The notes under the pieces were generated by a model. It saw only the letters and a list, made by a program, of their open reading frames with translations. It searched no databases and had not been told where the DNA came from. From the IMG/VR virus record IMGVR_UViG_3300002854_000247, positions 1 through 52,640 of that record: 52,640 bases of DNA; one strand, 5' to 3'. Source of the stretch: a virus. Its lineage: Duplodnaviria; Caudoviricetes. Position numbers and translations under genes: made by a program. This document shows, piece after piece, positions 18,751-28,461 of this stretch (the first letter of the stretch is position 1; each line of letters begins with the position of its first letter).

Positions 18751-19866
18751 TCAGCGTGCCTTCGGCAGTTCGTCGACTGGCTCAGCGCCTCCGGCGGTTA
18801 ACAGCTTGATATCCTCGTCAGCAAATGAGCTCACTTGAACGTCGAGCTTCATCTCCATTTCACGTCTTGCTTCGAGCTGTTTGTTCATTTCGTCAGCGGC
18901 GGCTCCGTCATCAGCGTTTAGGAGCGCCCTCTGTTGATCACGAGGGTCCAAGCCAAACCGCATTCCCGTGCTTAAGTCAGGCAGCAAGGCATTCGAGACG
19001 GTCTTCAGTTCGTTCTCAAGTTCGTTCAGTCTGGGCTTGTCGCGGTCCTTACCGAGCTTGCGTACGACTTCCTTGACAGCTTCTTCAAGGGCGACCTCTA
19101 TTGTCTTGTTCAAATCCCTAGCGATTTCCTCATGTCGCCCACCGCTGGCTTTACGAAGATCCCGCACCAGCTTGAGTATATTCAAGTGCTTCTCGGCGAC
19201 GACAAGCAGACGCTCGTAGCAGAGCAGTGCACCAACTATTACAGCCCAATCCAATGATATTGCAACGACAAGGTCCGACGTGGAAGCCCAGAGAAGCTTA
19301 TGCTCCGTTCTTGAACCGCTTACGAGCTCCTCAATTACGGATAGCACGTCGTCTACATGCTCAATTTTACTGGGGAGAGCATTGAGGGAGCGCGCATATA
19401 CGAGATCTGGGATTCTGACCTCAAGCGCCGCCAGGCCATCTGGCGCAGCATATGCTTTCACGCCGAAAGACTCGGAAGCTTCGACTAAGTTCAACATTTT
19501 CTGGTAGAATTGCTGAGCCTCCGCCAGATGCATGTTGAGTTCGGCAGAGGACATGCCCGCCTCTTTTCGCCTGTTGCCAAAACCGACAATTATCATTCTT
19601 GCAATAGCATCAGGCAGCGACTGCGAGTATCCGCTGTGGCTCAAATATCGCCTTAACTCGATCGGGTAGCTTTTCAATATTGTGGTTTCGAGCATGCGTT
19701 CGGCCAACGCGTGTAGTTGACTGGCCTCACCGCGGTATTGGCTATCACTAAGATTCGGTCGGTTCGCCGCGATGCCCACGGCTCGCTGTAGAGTCGGGAT
19801 GACTTCCAGACGGTCATAGTCGGCGATCATGTCCTCCGCGATTGAAAGCAATTGTCCTGCGAGCAT
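18751..19866 (-). CDS. Accessory hypothetical protein (371 aa, helical)
   Basis: GAGGAGG SD before MLAGQLL; codon usage differs from tail genes. Confidence 0.8.
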   Translation of the reverse strand: MLAGQLLSIAEDMIADYDRLEVIPTLQRAVGIAANRPNLSDSQYRGEASQLHALAERMLETTILKSYPIELRRYLSHSGYSQSLPDAIARMIIVGFGNRRKEAGMSSAELNMHLAEAQQFYQKMLNLVEASESFGVKAYAAPDGLAALEVRIPDLVYARSLNALPSKIEHVDDVLSVIEELVSGSRTEHKLLWASTSDLVVAISLDWAVIVGALLCYERLLVVAEKHLNILKLVRDLRKASGGRHEEIARDLNKTIEVALEEAVKEVVRKLGKDRDKPRLNELENELKTVSNALLPDLSTGMRFGLDPRDQQRALLNADDGAAADEMNKQLEARREMEMKLDVQVSSFADEDIKLLTAGGAEPVDELPKAR

Positions 19867-20029
19867 GCTGTTCCTCCTCGTAACTCTTGAGCCATAAGAT
19901 GCACGCTTTGGTCGAAAGGTCGAGGCGGCAAGACGCTGAAACGTATAGCTTGAATAACTCATAGCAAGCTTCTCCAACGCTATCTGACACTATAAAAGAA
20001 CGAAGAGCTCTTTCGGGAGCCCCGGTTGC

Positions 20030-20401
20030 CTACGTCTCGGCTTCGCGCTCAATCGGCGGGATGCAGAACGGGTCTTTGCCCGAGTTGAACTCCCGAAGAT
20101 ACCCACTGCACATCCGGCGGATTAGGCGGTATTCCCACGGTTCCAGCGCCAGACCGCAAGCCGTGGCGAATGCCGCCAGCTCGTGCCAATCGGGGATCGT
20201 CAGGCCCATACCGGTGTTCCGGATCGGCCCAAGCTGCTGGAGCGCTTCGAGCAGATAATCGCCGCCGACGAGCTCGACCAGCGGAAGCGGCCGCCCGGCG
20301 TCTATAAAGTGTTGCGCGCGCGTCTTGCTCTCGTTCTTGACGGTTGATGCCAGCCAGCCCAGTTGCTCTGCGGCAAGGACTAGCTGGCGCTCCCTTCCCC
20401 C
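20030..20401 (-). CDS. Tail assembly chaperone C-terminal (T) part, expressed by -1 frameshift
   Basis: Frame RERQLVLAAEQLGW...PDWHELAAF..CGLALEPWE reached at G_GGG_GAA (20395-20401). Confidence 0.8.
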   Translation of the reverse strand, partial: GGRERQLVLAAEQLGWLASTVKNESKTRAQHFIDAGRPLPLVELVGGDYLLEALQQLGPIRNTGMGLTIPDWHELAAFATACGLALEPWEYRLIRRMCSGYLREFNSGKDPFCIPPIEREAET

Positions 20402-20826
20402 AGGATCGCCGCCCGATCGGTTGCGAAGGTCCTGACCTGTTCGGCAAAGGAAAGCTGCGCCCGGTTGCCGTTGACGATCTGCAGGTTGAGGAACCATTCG
20501 ACGTCGGCCGGCGCCGTCGCAGCCTTGCTTCCGCGGTTCACGTTCTCGAAGCCGACGATCAGCGCGGCGATCTCCTTCACGATCTGGTCGTGGACGTTGG
20601 AGATGGTGACGGGCTCTCCGGCGGGGCGCTCCTGCTTCATGCGGGCGCGCTGGCTTTCGAGGATTGCGCTCTGGCCCGTTTCGCCCTCGATGCCGAGAAC
20701 GAGCACACGACATGGCTTCGTCTGCTTCTCGTCGTCGTAGAGCAGCTTGCCCGTGCCCGGATGCTTGAGATGGAGCGCCCGGGGTGTCTCGGATGCCTTG
20801 CGGCTGTCGAATTGTGCGAAATCCAT
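20380..20826 (-). CDS. Tail assembly chaperone (G)
   Basis: Between tail tube and TMP; LHLKHPGTG motif; slippery site at end. Confidence 0.85.
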   Translation of the reverse strand: MDFAQFDSRKASETPRALHLKHPGTGKLLYDDEKQTKPCRVLVLGIEGETGQSAILESQRARMKQERPAGEPVTISNVHDQIVKEIAALIVGFENVNRGSKAATAPADVEWFLNLQIVNGNRAQLSFAEQVRTFATDRAAILGEGSAS

Positions 20827-20834
20827 GGATCACC

Positions 20835-21299
20835 TCAAGGGGCGTCAACGACGACGCTATCGTAGTTGGCGCGAATGCTGAACGTGAAGCCGGCGTAGCT
20901 CGTGGTGGAACGCTCATTGCGCTGCCAGTCGTACGCGATGCCAGTGATGTACTCGACGCTACCGGATGCTGTCGGCTCCACGATCTTGAATGAATAGAGC
21001 TTGTGTTCACCCTCCTGTGCCGCCGACTTGATAGCTGCCTGTCCGGTGTCACCTTTGATCTCACGAAGCGCGATTGCTGTTACTGAACCAGTCTTCGCGC
21101 CCTTTGCGGCCATCACCCAGCCGGACTCCAGATCCGGGACGTCGATAATAGCGTTGGTGCCACCGACAGGACCGATCGACACGACACCGCCAATCTTAGT
21201 CGGCGAGGTCGTGAAAAGTGTCTCGTAGGCGGCCTTCGTGAACGCGGTCGGCGCGCCCGCCTTCATATAAATTTTGTGGCCAATGTCGGAAGTGGACAT
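20835..21299 (-). CDS. Major tail tube protein
   Basis: IGGV.SIGPVG...KG...GS...DTGQA pattern; position. Confidence 0.8.
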   Translation of the reverse strand: MSTSDIGHKIYMKAGAPTAFTKAAYETLFTTSPTKIGGVVSIGPVGGTNAIIDVPDLESGWVMAAKGAKTGSVTAIALREIKGDTGQAAIKSAAQEGEHKLYSFKIVEPTASGSVEYITGIAYDWQRNERSTTSYAGFTFSIRANYDSVVVDAP

Positions 21300-21316
21300 G
21301 CCTTTATCCTTTCAGG

Positions 21317-21715
21317 TTAGGATGCTTCGTAGTCGATGAAGACGGGCGTTCGCCAATCAGCGTCCTGGGGATAGCCCTCACGGATGTCGGCGGGCTTCAT
21401 GATGACGATCTCGCCGCCGATAACAGGGATGCGGCGCCCCATCGGGAATAGCGCAGCAATCTGATCCGCCTTCTGATTTGCGGACTTGGTGGAGCCGCCG
21501 ACGGCGACGACAACGCTGACGATCATCTGGCCGCGCGAAATGGTCTGCTCACCGGCGAGGGTGTCATCCCGCCGGCCGACACGGACGAACTGCACGGCGA
21601 TGTACGGCTTCTGGCCGTTGAAGTTGATGTTCGGGTAGGCAATGGGCCAAGACAGCCCTGCCCCATCGATCGTGGCCTTGAGAGCCACTTCGATGTCAGC
21701 TTCCAGAATGGCCAT
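21317..21715 (-). CDS. Tail terminator-like protein (DUF4128-like)
   Basis: IAYPN..F, ADQIAALFP.G motifs; position. Confidence 0.8.
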   Translation of the reverse strand: MAILEADIEVALKATIDGAGLSWPIAYPNINFNGQKPYIAVQFVRVGRRDDTLAGEQTISRGQMIVSVVVAVGGSTKSANQKADQIAALFPMGRRIPVIGGEIVIMKPADIREGYPQDADWRTPVFIDYEAS

Positions 21716-22134
21716 CACTTAACCCTTGCTGCCCACGCGGCGACGAACTGCGGCCATTGCGCCGCGGCGGCGCCGACGAAGTGATTGCCGGGCTGCTCAT
21801 AGGATCGGCCTAGGCTGTCCGTTCCGAAGAAGCCGAGTTCCATGCGGCGAGCGTACGGCACGGTCCACGCGAACTGCGCGATATCGCCGATTTCCAACTG
21901 GCTCAGGGTGACGATGTACCCATCGGGCGACGGCGCGCCGAAAGTGCCGTTCAGCCCTGAGGCCAGACTGTTCCGCAGGTTGCCTGTATCGACCGGCATC
22001 CGGCCGCCGCGCGCCTTCGGCCGTTGCGCCGTCTCAAGCACGTCTTGAACCGCCTCGGCGAAGACGTCGCGCATCTGCTCCTTCGTCTTGTCGCGGAATG
22101 CCGCGACCGACGCCGTGAATGACTTCTGGGCCAT
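21715..22134 (-). CDS. HK97 gp10-like tail completion protein
   Basis: MPVDTGNLRNS, PYARRMELG motifs. Confidence 0.85.
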   Translation of the reverse strand: MAQKSFTASVAAFRDKTKEQMRDVFAEAVQDVLETAQRPKARGGRMPVDTGNLRNSLASGLNGTFGAPSPDGYIVTLSQLEIGDIAQFAWTVPYARRMELGFFGTDSLGRSYEQPGNHFVGAAAAQWPQFVAAWAARVK

Positions 22135-22137
22135 GGC

Positions 22138-23177
22138 CTACCGAATGTAGCGGATACGGATGTGCTCGAAGCACCGGCACTGGATCAGCTCCTCCGCCGG
22201 CGCGCCGAGGCTGGCATCACCGGGGAACATCATGCGCGCGCCGCTGACAGGCGACACGAACGGGACCGACAATCCGGTCACCGTCTCACCATGGAGTGCA
22301 AGGTGAGAAAGCCTCGTCCGGTCATCACCGGTCGCGTCCCACCTGCGCTCGATCTGGTCTTCCGACACCCTGCCCGTCTCCAGCATCTGCACGAAGCCCT
22401 CGTGCCGGCCGGCGCGCATCGCTGTAATGGTCTGGTCACGCGCAATCGTCTTGGCACGAAGCTGCAGATTCCTGTCTCGCAATTGCCGCATGATCTTGCC
22501 GAGATCGTCTGCATTGACCGGTCTGCCGTTCTCGATGGCCTTGCGCACAGCGTTGTCAAAACGACGATCTCGCGTCTTGAGACTTAGATAATCCCGCATC
22601 TTCGCCGGGTCGCCAGAGAGAAGCTTCGCCTCGGTGTTCAGCATTAACTCGACCTGACGCGAGTTCAGGCCGATAATGCCGCCATCCCTTTTGCCGGTGA
22701 CGCGGCTCTTGACCCCGATGAGGCTGCGCGCGATCTGGTCTGGCGTCTTGTTCTGCTCAAGGCCGGCGACTATTTGCTGACGGGCGACGAGGCGCATATC
22801 CTCGACGATGCCGGTCGGCCCCGTGATCAGTCCTGCGGCGTGCTCTCGTCCCCAGGCTTCGGCGCGAAAGTGGCGTCCATCAAAGCCGAAAACCGCCGCT
22901 CCACCAGAAAAGGGTCGGGTATCCGCGGAAGCGAGGCCAACGCCAACACTCCTCCCCGGTAGTAGGCTTCCATGATCGCCCTATCGAGCGGCTGGAAGAA
23001 CACCGGGTCAAGTCTCAGCGCAAGGATCGCGGCTTCGACATTGCCGGCCTGAAGATGGGAGACGATCGTGCTCAACTGGGCCTGAGACGTGATCCTGTCG
23101 ATTGCCTCGGTGAAGGCTTTCCGGATTTCGGGCTCAAGCTCGTCGAGGAGCGCCTGAACATCAGAAGGTAGGGCCAC
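22138..23177 (-). CDS. Head morphogenesis protein (SPP1 gp7 / Mu F-like), split by a -1 frameshift at 22908-22914; joined product ~346 aa
   Basis: C-terminal RAKTIARDQT...W.ATGDDRTR.SH..LHG...PGD...IQCRC; N- and C-frames join at C_CCT_TTT. Confidence 0.85.
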
Positions 23178-23185
23178 GGGCTGTC

Positions 23186-23542
23186 CTATGCTGCGATGAT
23201 GACTTCATAGAACACCGTGAGGCCTGCTGGCGAGAGCGGCCGCACAATCTTCATCGCATGTTTTTGGCCGGCGATGGTGAGTTCGTCGGCCGTGGTGAGG
23301 TTTTCAGGCAGGCCGGCAACCGAGATGTATGCCATCTTGTCGTCAGCCTGGATCAGGGTGCCATCCACCTTGGAGAGGTCGATGTTCATCACGACCAGCT
23401 TGCACGTGTAATCCGTCGGCGTGAGCACCGGGTCATAGTCTGGCCCAGACTTCACCATGCGCGTCACGGCGCCCTGCTGGCCGAACTTGGCGATGAGACG
23501 TTCTGCCGTTGCCTGAAGGCGGGCGTAGAGCGGGTTTGCCAT
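23186..23542 (-). CDS. Head-closure/head-tail joining protein
   Basis: MANPLYARLQATAERLIAKFGQ...DGTLIQADD; position. Confidence 0.8.
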   Translation of the reverse strand: MANPLYARLQATAERLIAKFGQQGAVTRMVKSGPDYDPVLTPTDYTCKLVVMNIDLSKVDGTLIQADDKMAYISVAGLPENLTTADELTIAGQKHAMKIVRPLSPAGLTVFYEVIIAA

Positions 23543-24039
23543 CAGCAGCGGCCGCCAACCGACCAGATACCGAAACACTGAAGGCTGTCGTCGCGCAGGA
23601 ACGGCGCCAACATGCCATCAACGATGGAAATGAGAGGGGTGATGGAGGAAGCCGTGCCGTCGCTCTGGGCGTTGGCATACTGCACTTCGATCTGGCCGAC
23701 CCTTTCGCGGGTGACGGCACTTGTCGCGGAACCGACGACCGACAAGCTGCCCGGTTGGTTCGCCTCCTGCAAGGCGGCTTGATACGACGCATGGATGACA
23801 GCGACAGGCACGACATTGCTCGGGATGAGCTTGCCGTTGACGATCGCGCCTTCGCGCGGCCACTGGCGTTCTTGCGTGGCATCCACGACCGAACCGAGGA
23901 AGCGGGAGCCGTACACCGCATCGATGTACTGGCTCCCACGATTACGCAGGACGGCCGGCGACGGCGCGCCGACGGGCAGCGTGTAGCCGTTGTCCGTCAG
24001 CCAGGTATTGAACTCGCTGTCGCCGCCATAGCCCGCCAT
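23542..24039 (-). CDS. Head-tail adaptor (DnaT-like family)
   Basis: Q.RQWPR, ERVGQIEVQY, VDGMLAPFL motifs. Confidence 0.8.
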   Translation of the reverse strand: MAGYGGDSEFNTWLTDNGYTLPVGAPSPAVLRNRGSQYIDAVYGSRFLGSVVDATQERQWPREGAIVNGKLIPSNVVPVAVIHASYQAALQEANQPGSLSVVGSATSAVTRERVGQIEVQYANAQSDGTASSITPLISIVDGMLAPFLRDDSLQCFGIWSVGGRC

Positions 24040-24042
24040 GCG

Positions 24043-24387
24043 TCAGGCCTCGACCTTGTGCAGGTCTGCGAAGGCGGCCCGGTCGTCTTCGGACAGGGCG
24101 TCGAAGCCTTCGAGGTCGGACTGGCGCAGCTTCTTGGTCACCGGTTCGCCGTCCTTGGTGATGACGAACCAGCCGGGGGACGTTTCCGAGACGGCATAGG
24201 CCGACGCGGGGTTGGTGACCGGCGTCTTTCCTTCGGTCGAGCCGCCGGAAATGATGTCATAGCGACCCGCCCAGCCAACCGGCTCGTTTTCGAGGTCGAG
24301 CTCTTCGCCGACGGCCATTTCCGTGCCGCCCTTGCCATAGATGCCGGTGGTGGTAAGGCCAGCCGGCGCTTTCAAACGAATCTTCAT
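24043..24387 (-). CDS. Hypothetical head-region protein
   Basis: GGAG SD, MKIRLKAP start after capsid gene. Confidence 0.75.
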   Translation of the reverse strand: MKIRLKAPAGLTTTGIYGKGGTEMAVGEELDLENEPVGWAGRYDIISGGSTEGKTPVTNPASAYAVSETSPGWFVITKDGEPVTKKLRQSDLEGFDALSEDDRAAFADLHKVEA

Positions 24388-24438
24388 GTGATCGTTCTCC
24401 GTTGAGGTTAGCGCCCCGCCCAAAGGCGAGGCACGTCA

Positions 24439-25482
24439 TCAGCTGCTGGTCGAGTAGAAGACGCCGGACTTGCCGTTGTAGTCGGCCCGGATTTCGAGAC
24501 CCATCGCGCCCATCTTGAGGAACTGATAGTTCGCCGTGGGATAGAGGCGCGGCATCGCGGTCGTGTTGACGGCCATGCCAATCAGCGGTCGGATGAACTC
24601 CGACGACGGGACAAAACCGAAGAACTCGTTGCCCGAGAGCTTGAACGTCACTTCGATCTTGCCGATACGCCGATTGGTCAGCAGGTACTGCAGCAGAGTG
24701 CCACCCTTGAAGCCGGACGAACCGGAGTAGGAGCGGTCGAGGTTTCGGCCGATCTCGGGCGAGATATAGATATTGACCTTGCCCGTGATCAACTGAGCAT
24801 CGAGCATGGCGCCGAGCGTCTGGGTGAAAAAGTTATCGATTGCGTCCGACGTGGTCGACGTGGACGTGAGGTCGATGTTCGCACCGGAGGCGCCGATGTT
24901 GATGGTCTTCGCCAGCGGGTTGCTGCGAATGCCCGTGCCGCTGTAGCCCTGGAAGACGATCGAAGTGTCGCCATTCAGGACATAGTCTGCCTGGTCCTTG
25001 CGGATCTTGGCGTTTGCGGCTTCTTCGTCGTCTGCGATGGCGTCGAAGTTCTCGGACTGGAGCGTATTCCATTCGCGCCATTCACGACCATAGCCGTCCT
25101 GGAAGATTGGGACGGGCGTGCCGCGGAACGAATAGACGACCTTATCCATCGGAACCGGAACCTGCCCCGACATGGAGCGGATGACCGGGTTCGAGGAATC
25201 GGACGCGACGCGCGTCATGCTGACGAGCTTGCCGATGTTGATCGGGCGAGCCAGCGCCATCAGGTCGCGCATGTAAACTTCGCCTTCGTCGTCGCGCATG
25301 ACGCGGCGGGTGATGCTGTCGACGTCCATCCACGCATCGCGCGGCAGGACGGCGGCGGCATTCGAAAGCGCCGCCATGTGCTCTTCCACCTGGTGGAAGT
25401 GTTCGCGGTTGACGGAAACGTCGGCCCACCATGCCGCATGCGGGCGGGAGTTGGCGATGAGCTGTTCAGAAAAGTAGCGCAT
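24439..25482 (-). CDS. Major capsid protein
   Basis: 347 aa after scaffold/decoration genes; PVPIFQDGYGREWREW; strong codon bias. Confidence 0.9.
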   Translation of the reverse strand: MRYFSEQLIANSRPHAAWWADVSVNREHFHQVEEHMAALSNAAAVLPRDAWMDVDSITRRVMRDDEGEVYMRDLMALARPINIGKLVSMTRVASDSSNPVIRSMSGQVPVPMDKVVYSFRGTPVPIFQDGYGREWREWNTLQSENFDAIADDEEAANAKIRKDQADYVLNGDTSIVFQGYSGTGIRSNPLAKTINIGASGANIDLTSTSTTSDAIDNFFTQTLGAMLDAQLITGKVNIYISPEIGRNLDRSYSGSSGFKGGTLLQYLLTNRRIGKIEVTFKLSGNEFFGFVPSSEFIRPLIGMAVNTTAMPRLYPTANYQFLKMGAMGLEIRADYNGKSGVFYSTSS

Positions 25483-25493
25483 CCGGGTTCTCC

Positions 25494-25943
25494 TTATGCC
25501 GCTGCAAGCTGGTTGCGGGCCACGCGGGCGCGGACAAGCTGGTCCGCGCCGGACGTGTTGTTGTAGGCCTCTTCGGCGATCATGATCACCCGCTGCCCCG
25601 TGGTAGCGAGGACGAACTTGCCGGCGGCAGAGGTGGTGAGCTGCGAGCCCCGAGCGACGTTTGTGCCGGTCGGAACGCGGACATTGAAGAACTGCTCATC
25701 GAGCATTTCCATGCCGACGATGCGGTCGTTTGCCAGCCAGGCGTCATCGACGCCCTTCATCGCAAGGTAGTTGTCCTGGGCGATGAAGACCTTGGTGAGA
25801 GCGTTGGCGCCGGCCTGAGCGAAGTTCGAACCGGATTCGACCAGCGCCGTGCCGGGCAGGATTGCAGCCGCGCAGATGCGCTCCTGAACCTGCGGCAGGG
25901 GCTCGGAAACCGGGCCGGCGTAGATCTTGTTATAGCGGGCCAT
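25494..25943 (-). CDS. Capsid decoration/stabilising protein
   Basis: AAAILPGT; position between scaffold and capsid. Confidence 0.75.
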   Translation of the reverse strand: MARYNKIYAGPVSEPLPQVQERICAAAILPGTALVESGSNFAQAGANALTKVFIAQDNYLAMKGVDDAWLANDRIVGMEMLDEQFFNVRVPTGTNVARGSQLTTSAAGKFVLATTGQRVIMIAEEAYNNTSGADQLVRARVARNQLAAA

Positions 25944-25947
25944 CGGC

Positions 25948-27069
25948 TTACTCCCCCTTCGGCGGCGTGAAGGCCGGCTTTTCGGAGCCGGTGCCCTTGA
26001 ATGCGGAGTTGAGCGGGGCGGCCTTGCCCGGCTCGGCGTTCTTCGCCAGGGCGCGCAGCGTGTTCAGCGGCGTGGCCTTGGCGGTGTCCTCGTCGAGGAT
26101 GTTCGCCTTGATGACCTTGGCTTCCAGTTCGGCCTTTTCGGCGTCGTCCTTGGCCTTCTGGTTGGCGACCATCTCGGCCTGCTGATCCAGAACGGGCTTG
26201 AGCGCGGTGGTGACGGCGTTGGCGATGGTGTCGCCGATGCCCTTCATGCCTTCCGAGAGGGTCTTGACCTCATCGGAAAGCGACTTGAACTGCTCGTCAG
26301 AGACAGGCATGTCGTGTTCCTTTCGATTGGTTGAGGGGTCCCGCTCGGATATGCCGAAGGCATCCAAAATCGCGGCTTTCCATTTATCGAGGAGGCCCGC
26401 CCGCTGGCGCTTCTCCAGTGCACGAGCGAGGGAATCCATCGCCCAGTCGATGTCACGCTCGGCCTCTTGGACGGCAGAGTTGATGACCTCGATCTCTTCG
26501 ACCTCGCCAGAGGTCTTGTTCACGAGCATGCCCACGCCCTGCTCCGGCGTGGCCGCTCCGCTTTCGTTCAGGAGGATCGCGTCATGATCCCAATGGATGT
26601 TGCGCGCGATGTGCTTGTGGTCGGTGGCGCCGTTGACGGCTTCCAGCGTGCAGAGAAGGCCGGTTGACGTGTGAATCGGCGTCCCGGCGTTGACGGCTTC
26701 CAGCACAGCCTTGCCGCCTTCGGTTCGATTGGCGACCTCGACGTCAATCACCTTGTCGATGAGGACGCGGCCCCTTTCGCGCCGCACGTTCTCATTCCAT
26801 GCGCCGACGTATCCGAGGTTCAGGCCCTCTGGATCGGAAGCCGAGACGAATTTGCCGTTGATGGTTGGGTGTCCGAGAGGGGCCGGCGTGCGCTCCAGCC
26901 CTTTGAAGCTCTTGGCGATCTCGTCGGCCGGGTACTTGATCCCGTTCATGACGATATCGTCCGGCAGCGTGGCGCTCGGGACGATCACGACATCGCGGCC
27001 ATTGCGCTTTTCCTTGCGCGCAGCCTTCACGTTCGCCAGTGTCCTGACGTTCACACGCACCTGGGGCAT
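25948..27069 (-). CDS. Head maturation protease/scaffold (DUF2213-like)
   Basis: PAPLGHP, HTSTGL, DHDAILLNE.GAATP motifs plus scaffold-like C-terminus. Confidence 0.8.
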   Translation of the reverse strand: MPQVRVNVRTLANVKAARKEKRNGRDVVIVPSATLPDDIVMNGIKYPADEIAKSFKGLERTPAPLGHPTINGKFVSASDPEGLNLGYVGAWNENVRRERGRVLIDKVIDVEVANRTEGGKAVLEAVNAGTPIHTSTGLLCTLEAVNGATDHKHIARNIHWDHDAILLNESGAATPEQGVGMLVNKTSGEVEEIEVINSAVQEAERDIDWAMDSLARALEKRQRAGLLDKWKAAILDAFGISERDPSTNRKEHDMPVSDEQFKSLSDEVKTLSEGMKGIGDTIANAVTTALKPVLDQQAEMVANQKAKDDAEKAELEAKVIKANILDEDTAKATPLNTLRALAKNAEPGKAAPLNSAFKGTGSEKPAFTPPKGE

Positions 27070-27075
27070 GGGTGA

Positions 27076-28461
27076 CTATTCCTTCTTTGGCTCGGGCTTC
27101 TTGCCCAGCGCGGCCGCGTTCTCGTCGTCGGTGACGTCGTCGCGGAACTTGTCTTCATCCGTCAGCGGCTCGTACCCGGCCGCGCTGCGAATTTCCTCAG
27201 GGGTGAAGCCCCACTCGCCACTGTCCTTAAGCTTGGTGTTGACGTCGGCCATCTTGTTGGCACGGTCGATCTTTTCACCGATCGAGGCTTCCGTCAGGTC
27301 GGCCCAGTCGAGATACCAATCGCGCTCGGGCAGGATGCCGACCCGGACCAGCCGCTTCACCAGCGACATGATGTTCGGCACGGTCTGGTTTGCCCGGCGC
27401 GACATGTTCGTTTGCGCCCACTCGCTCGCGTCTTCCTGGCTGGCGCGCTCGCCGGTCTGCATGCCGACGAGGATCTTCACCGGCATGCTGATCGACGAGG
27501 CGAATTCCTGAAGCGCGATGCCATGGAAATGCTCGGGAGACGGCAGAGTGACGTTTAGCGCCTTCGCCTGCATACCCATGACCATAAGCAGTTGGTCGAA
27601 CCCGGCCTGCCAATCCGCGACTTGGTCGTTCATCTTGTCGGCAAGTTCATCGGGCTTGATGCCCATCTGCTTTGCCATTTCGGCTGGCTTGGCGTCCTTG
27701 TCGATTTCCAATACCGGAGCCGACTTGGCGTTTTTCCAGAAGCCCTCGCCGCCGGCGCCGCGAACCTTTTCAAGGTCGATCAGAGCGTTGTACCCAGGCT
27801 CAAGTGCCGAGCTGCCATCAACCGTACCATCCTTCGACCACACGATGACACGATCCGGATGGATGATAATATTGCGCGGCTGCTTGACATTCTGGTCGAC
27901 TGCAGCCTCGTTAAACTGAAACATTTTCGGCTGACCGTAAGCCTCTGAACGTTCATCTGTTTCGTATTCCGAGACGGTTAGCTGACCTTCCCATGCCGGG
28001 ATGACTTCGACGAGGCCGAGTAGCCCGCCGCGCACCGTGTCGACGGGCTGATTGAACTGCTTCCCATCGGCAAAGCGAAGAATGACGCCAGCATAGGCAC
28101 CGACCATCGAACGGCGGTCGGCTTCGGCGAGGCGCGCCCAGAACCGAAGATCGTCGAAGCGCTGGCGGATTTCCTTCTCCAACGAGGTTTCGTCGTCCTG
28201 CCCGCCCTGCGAGCCGTCGCGTTCCTTCTCCAGCAGGAAGGGGTTCTCCTGCCAGGTCTTGAGGATCGTCTTGTCCACGCCGGCCGCCGCAACGCCATTG
28301 CGACAGTACATGCGGTAAAGTTCGGTGAACGATAGACGCTCTGGATAGCCGAAGTCCTTGTAGTGGTCGTGCTTCGTGTTGCCGCTCGGGAAATAGCCGG
28401 GGAACATGCCGCCGAGCGTTCGCCGCGCGATATGGTTCACTAAGCTGACCACGTTTGTCAT
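27076..28461 (-). CDS. Portal protein (DUF1073-like)
   Basis: ATGA overlap with terL; IHPDRV, P.KILVG.QTGERAS motifs. Confidence 0.88.
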   Translation of the reverse strand: MTNVVSLVNHIARRTLGGMFPGYFPSGNTKHDHYKDFGYPERLSFTELYRMYCRNGVAAAGVDKTILKTWQENPFLLEKERDGSQGGQDDETSLEKEIRQRFDDLRFWARLAEADRRSMVGAYAGVILRFADGKQFNQPVDTVRGGLLGLVEVIPAWEGQLTVSEYETDERSEAYGQPKMFQFNEAAVDQNVKQPRNIIIHPDRVIVWSKDGTVDGSSALEPGYNALIDLEKVRGAGGEGFWKNAKSAPVLEIDKDAKPAEMAKQMGIKPDELADKMNDQVADWQAGFDQLLMVMGMQAKALNVTLPSPEHFHGIALQEFASSISMPVKILVGMQTGERASQEDASEWAQTNMSRRANQTVPNIMSLVKRLVRVGILPERDWYLDWADLTEASIGEKIDRANKMADVNTKLKDSGEWGFTPEEIRSAAGYEPLTDEDKFRDDVTDDENAAALGKKPEPKKE

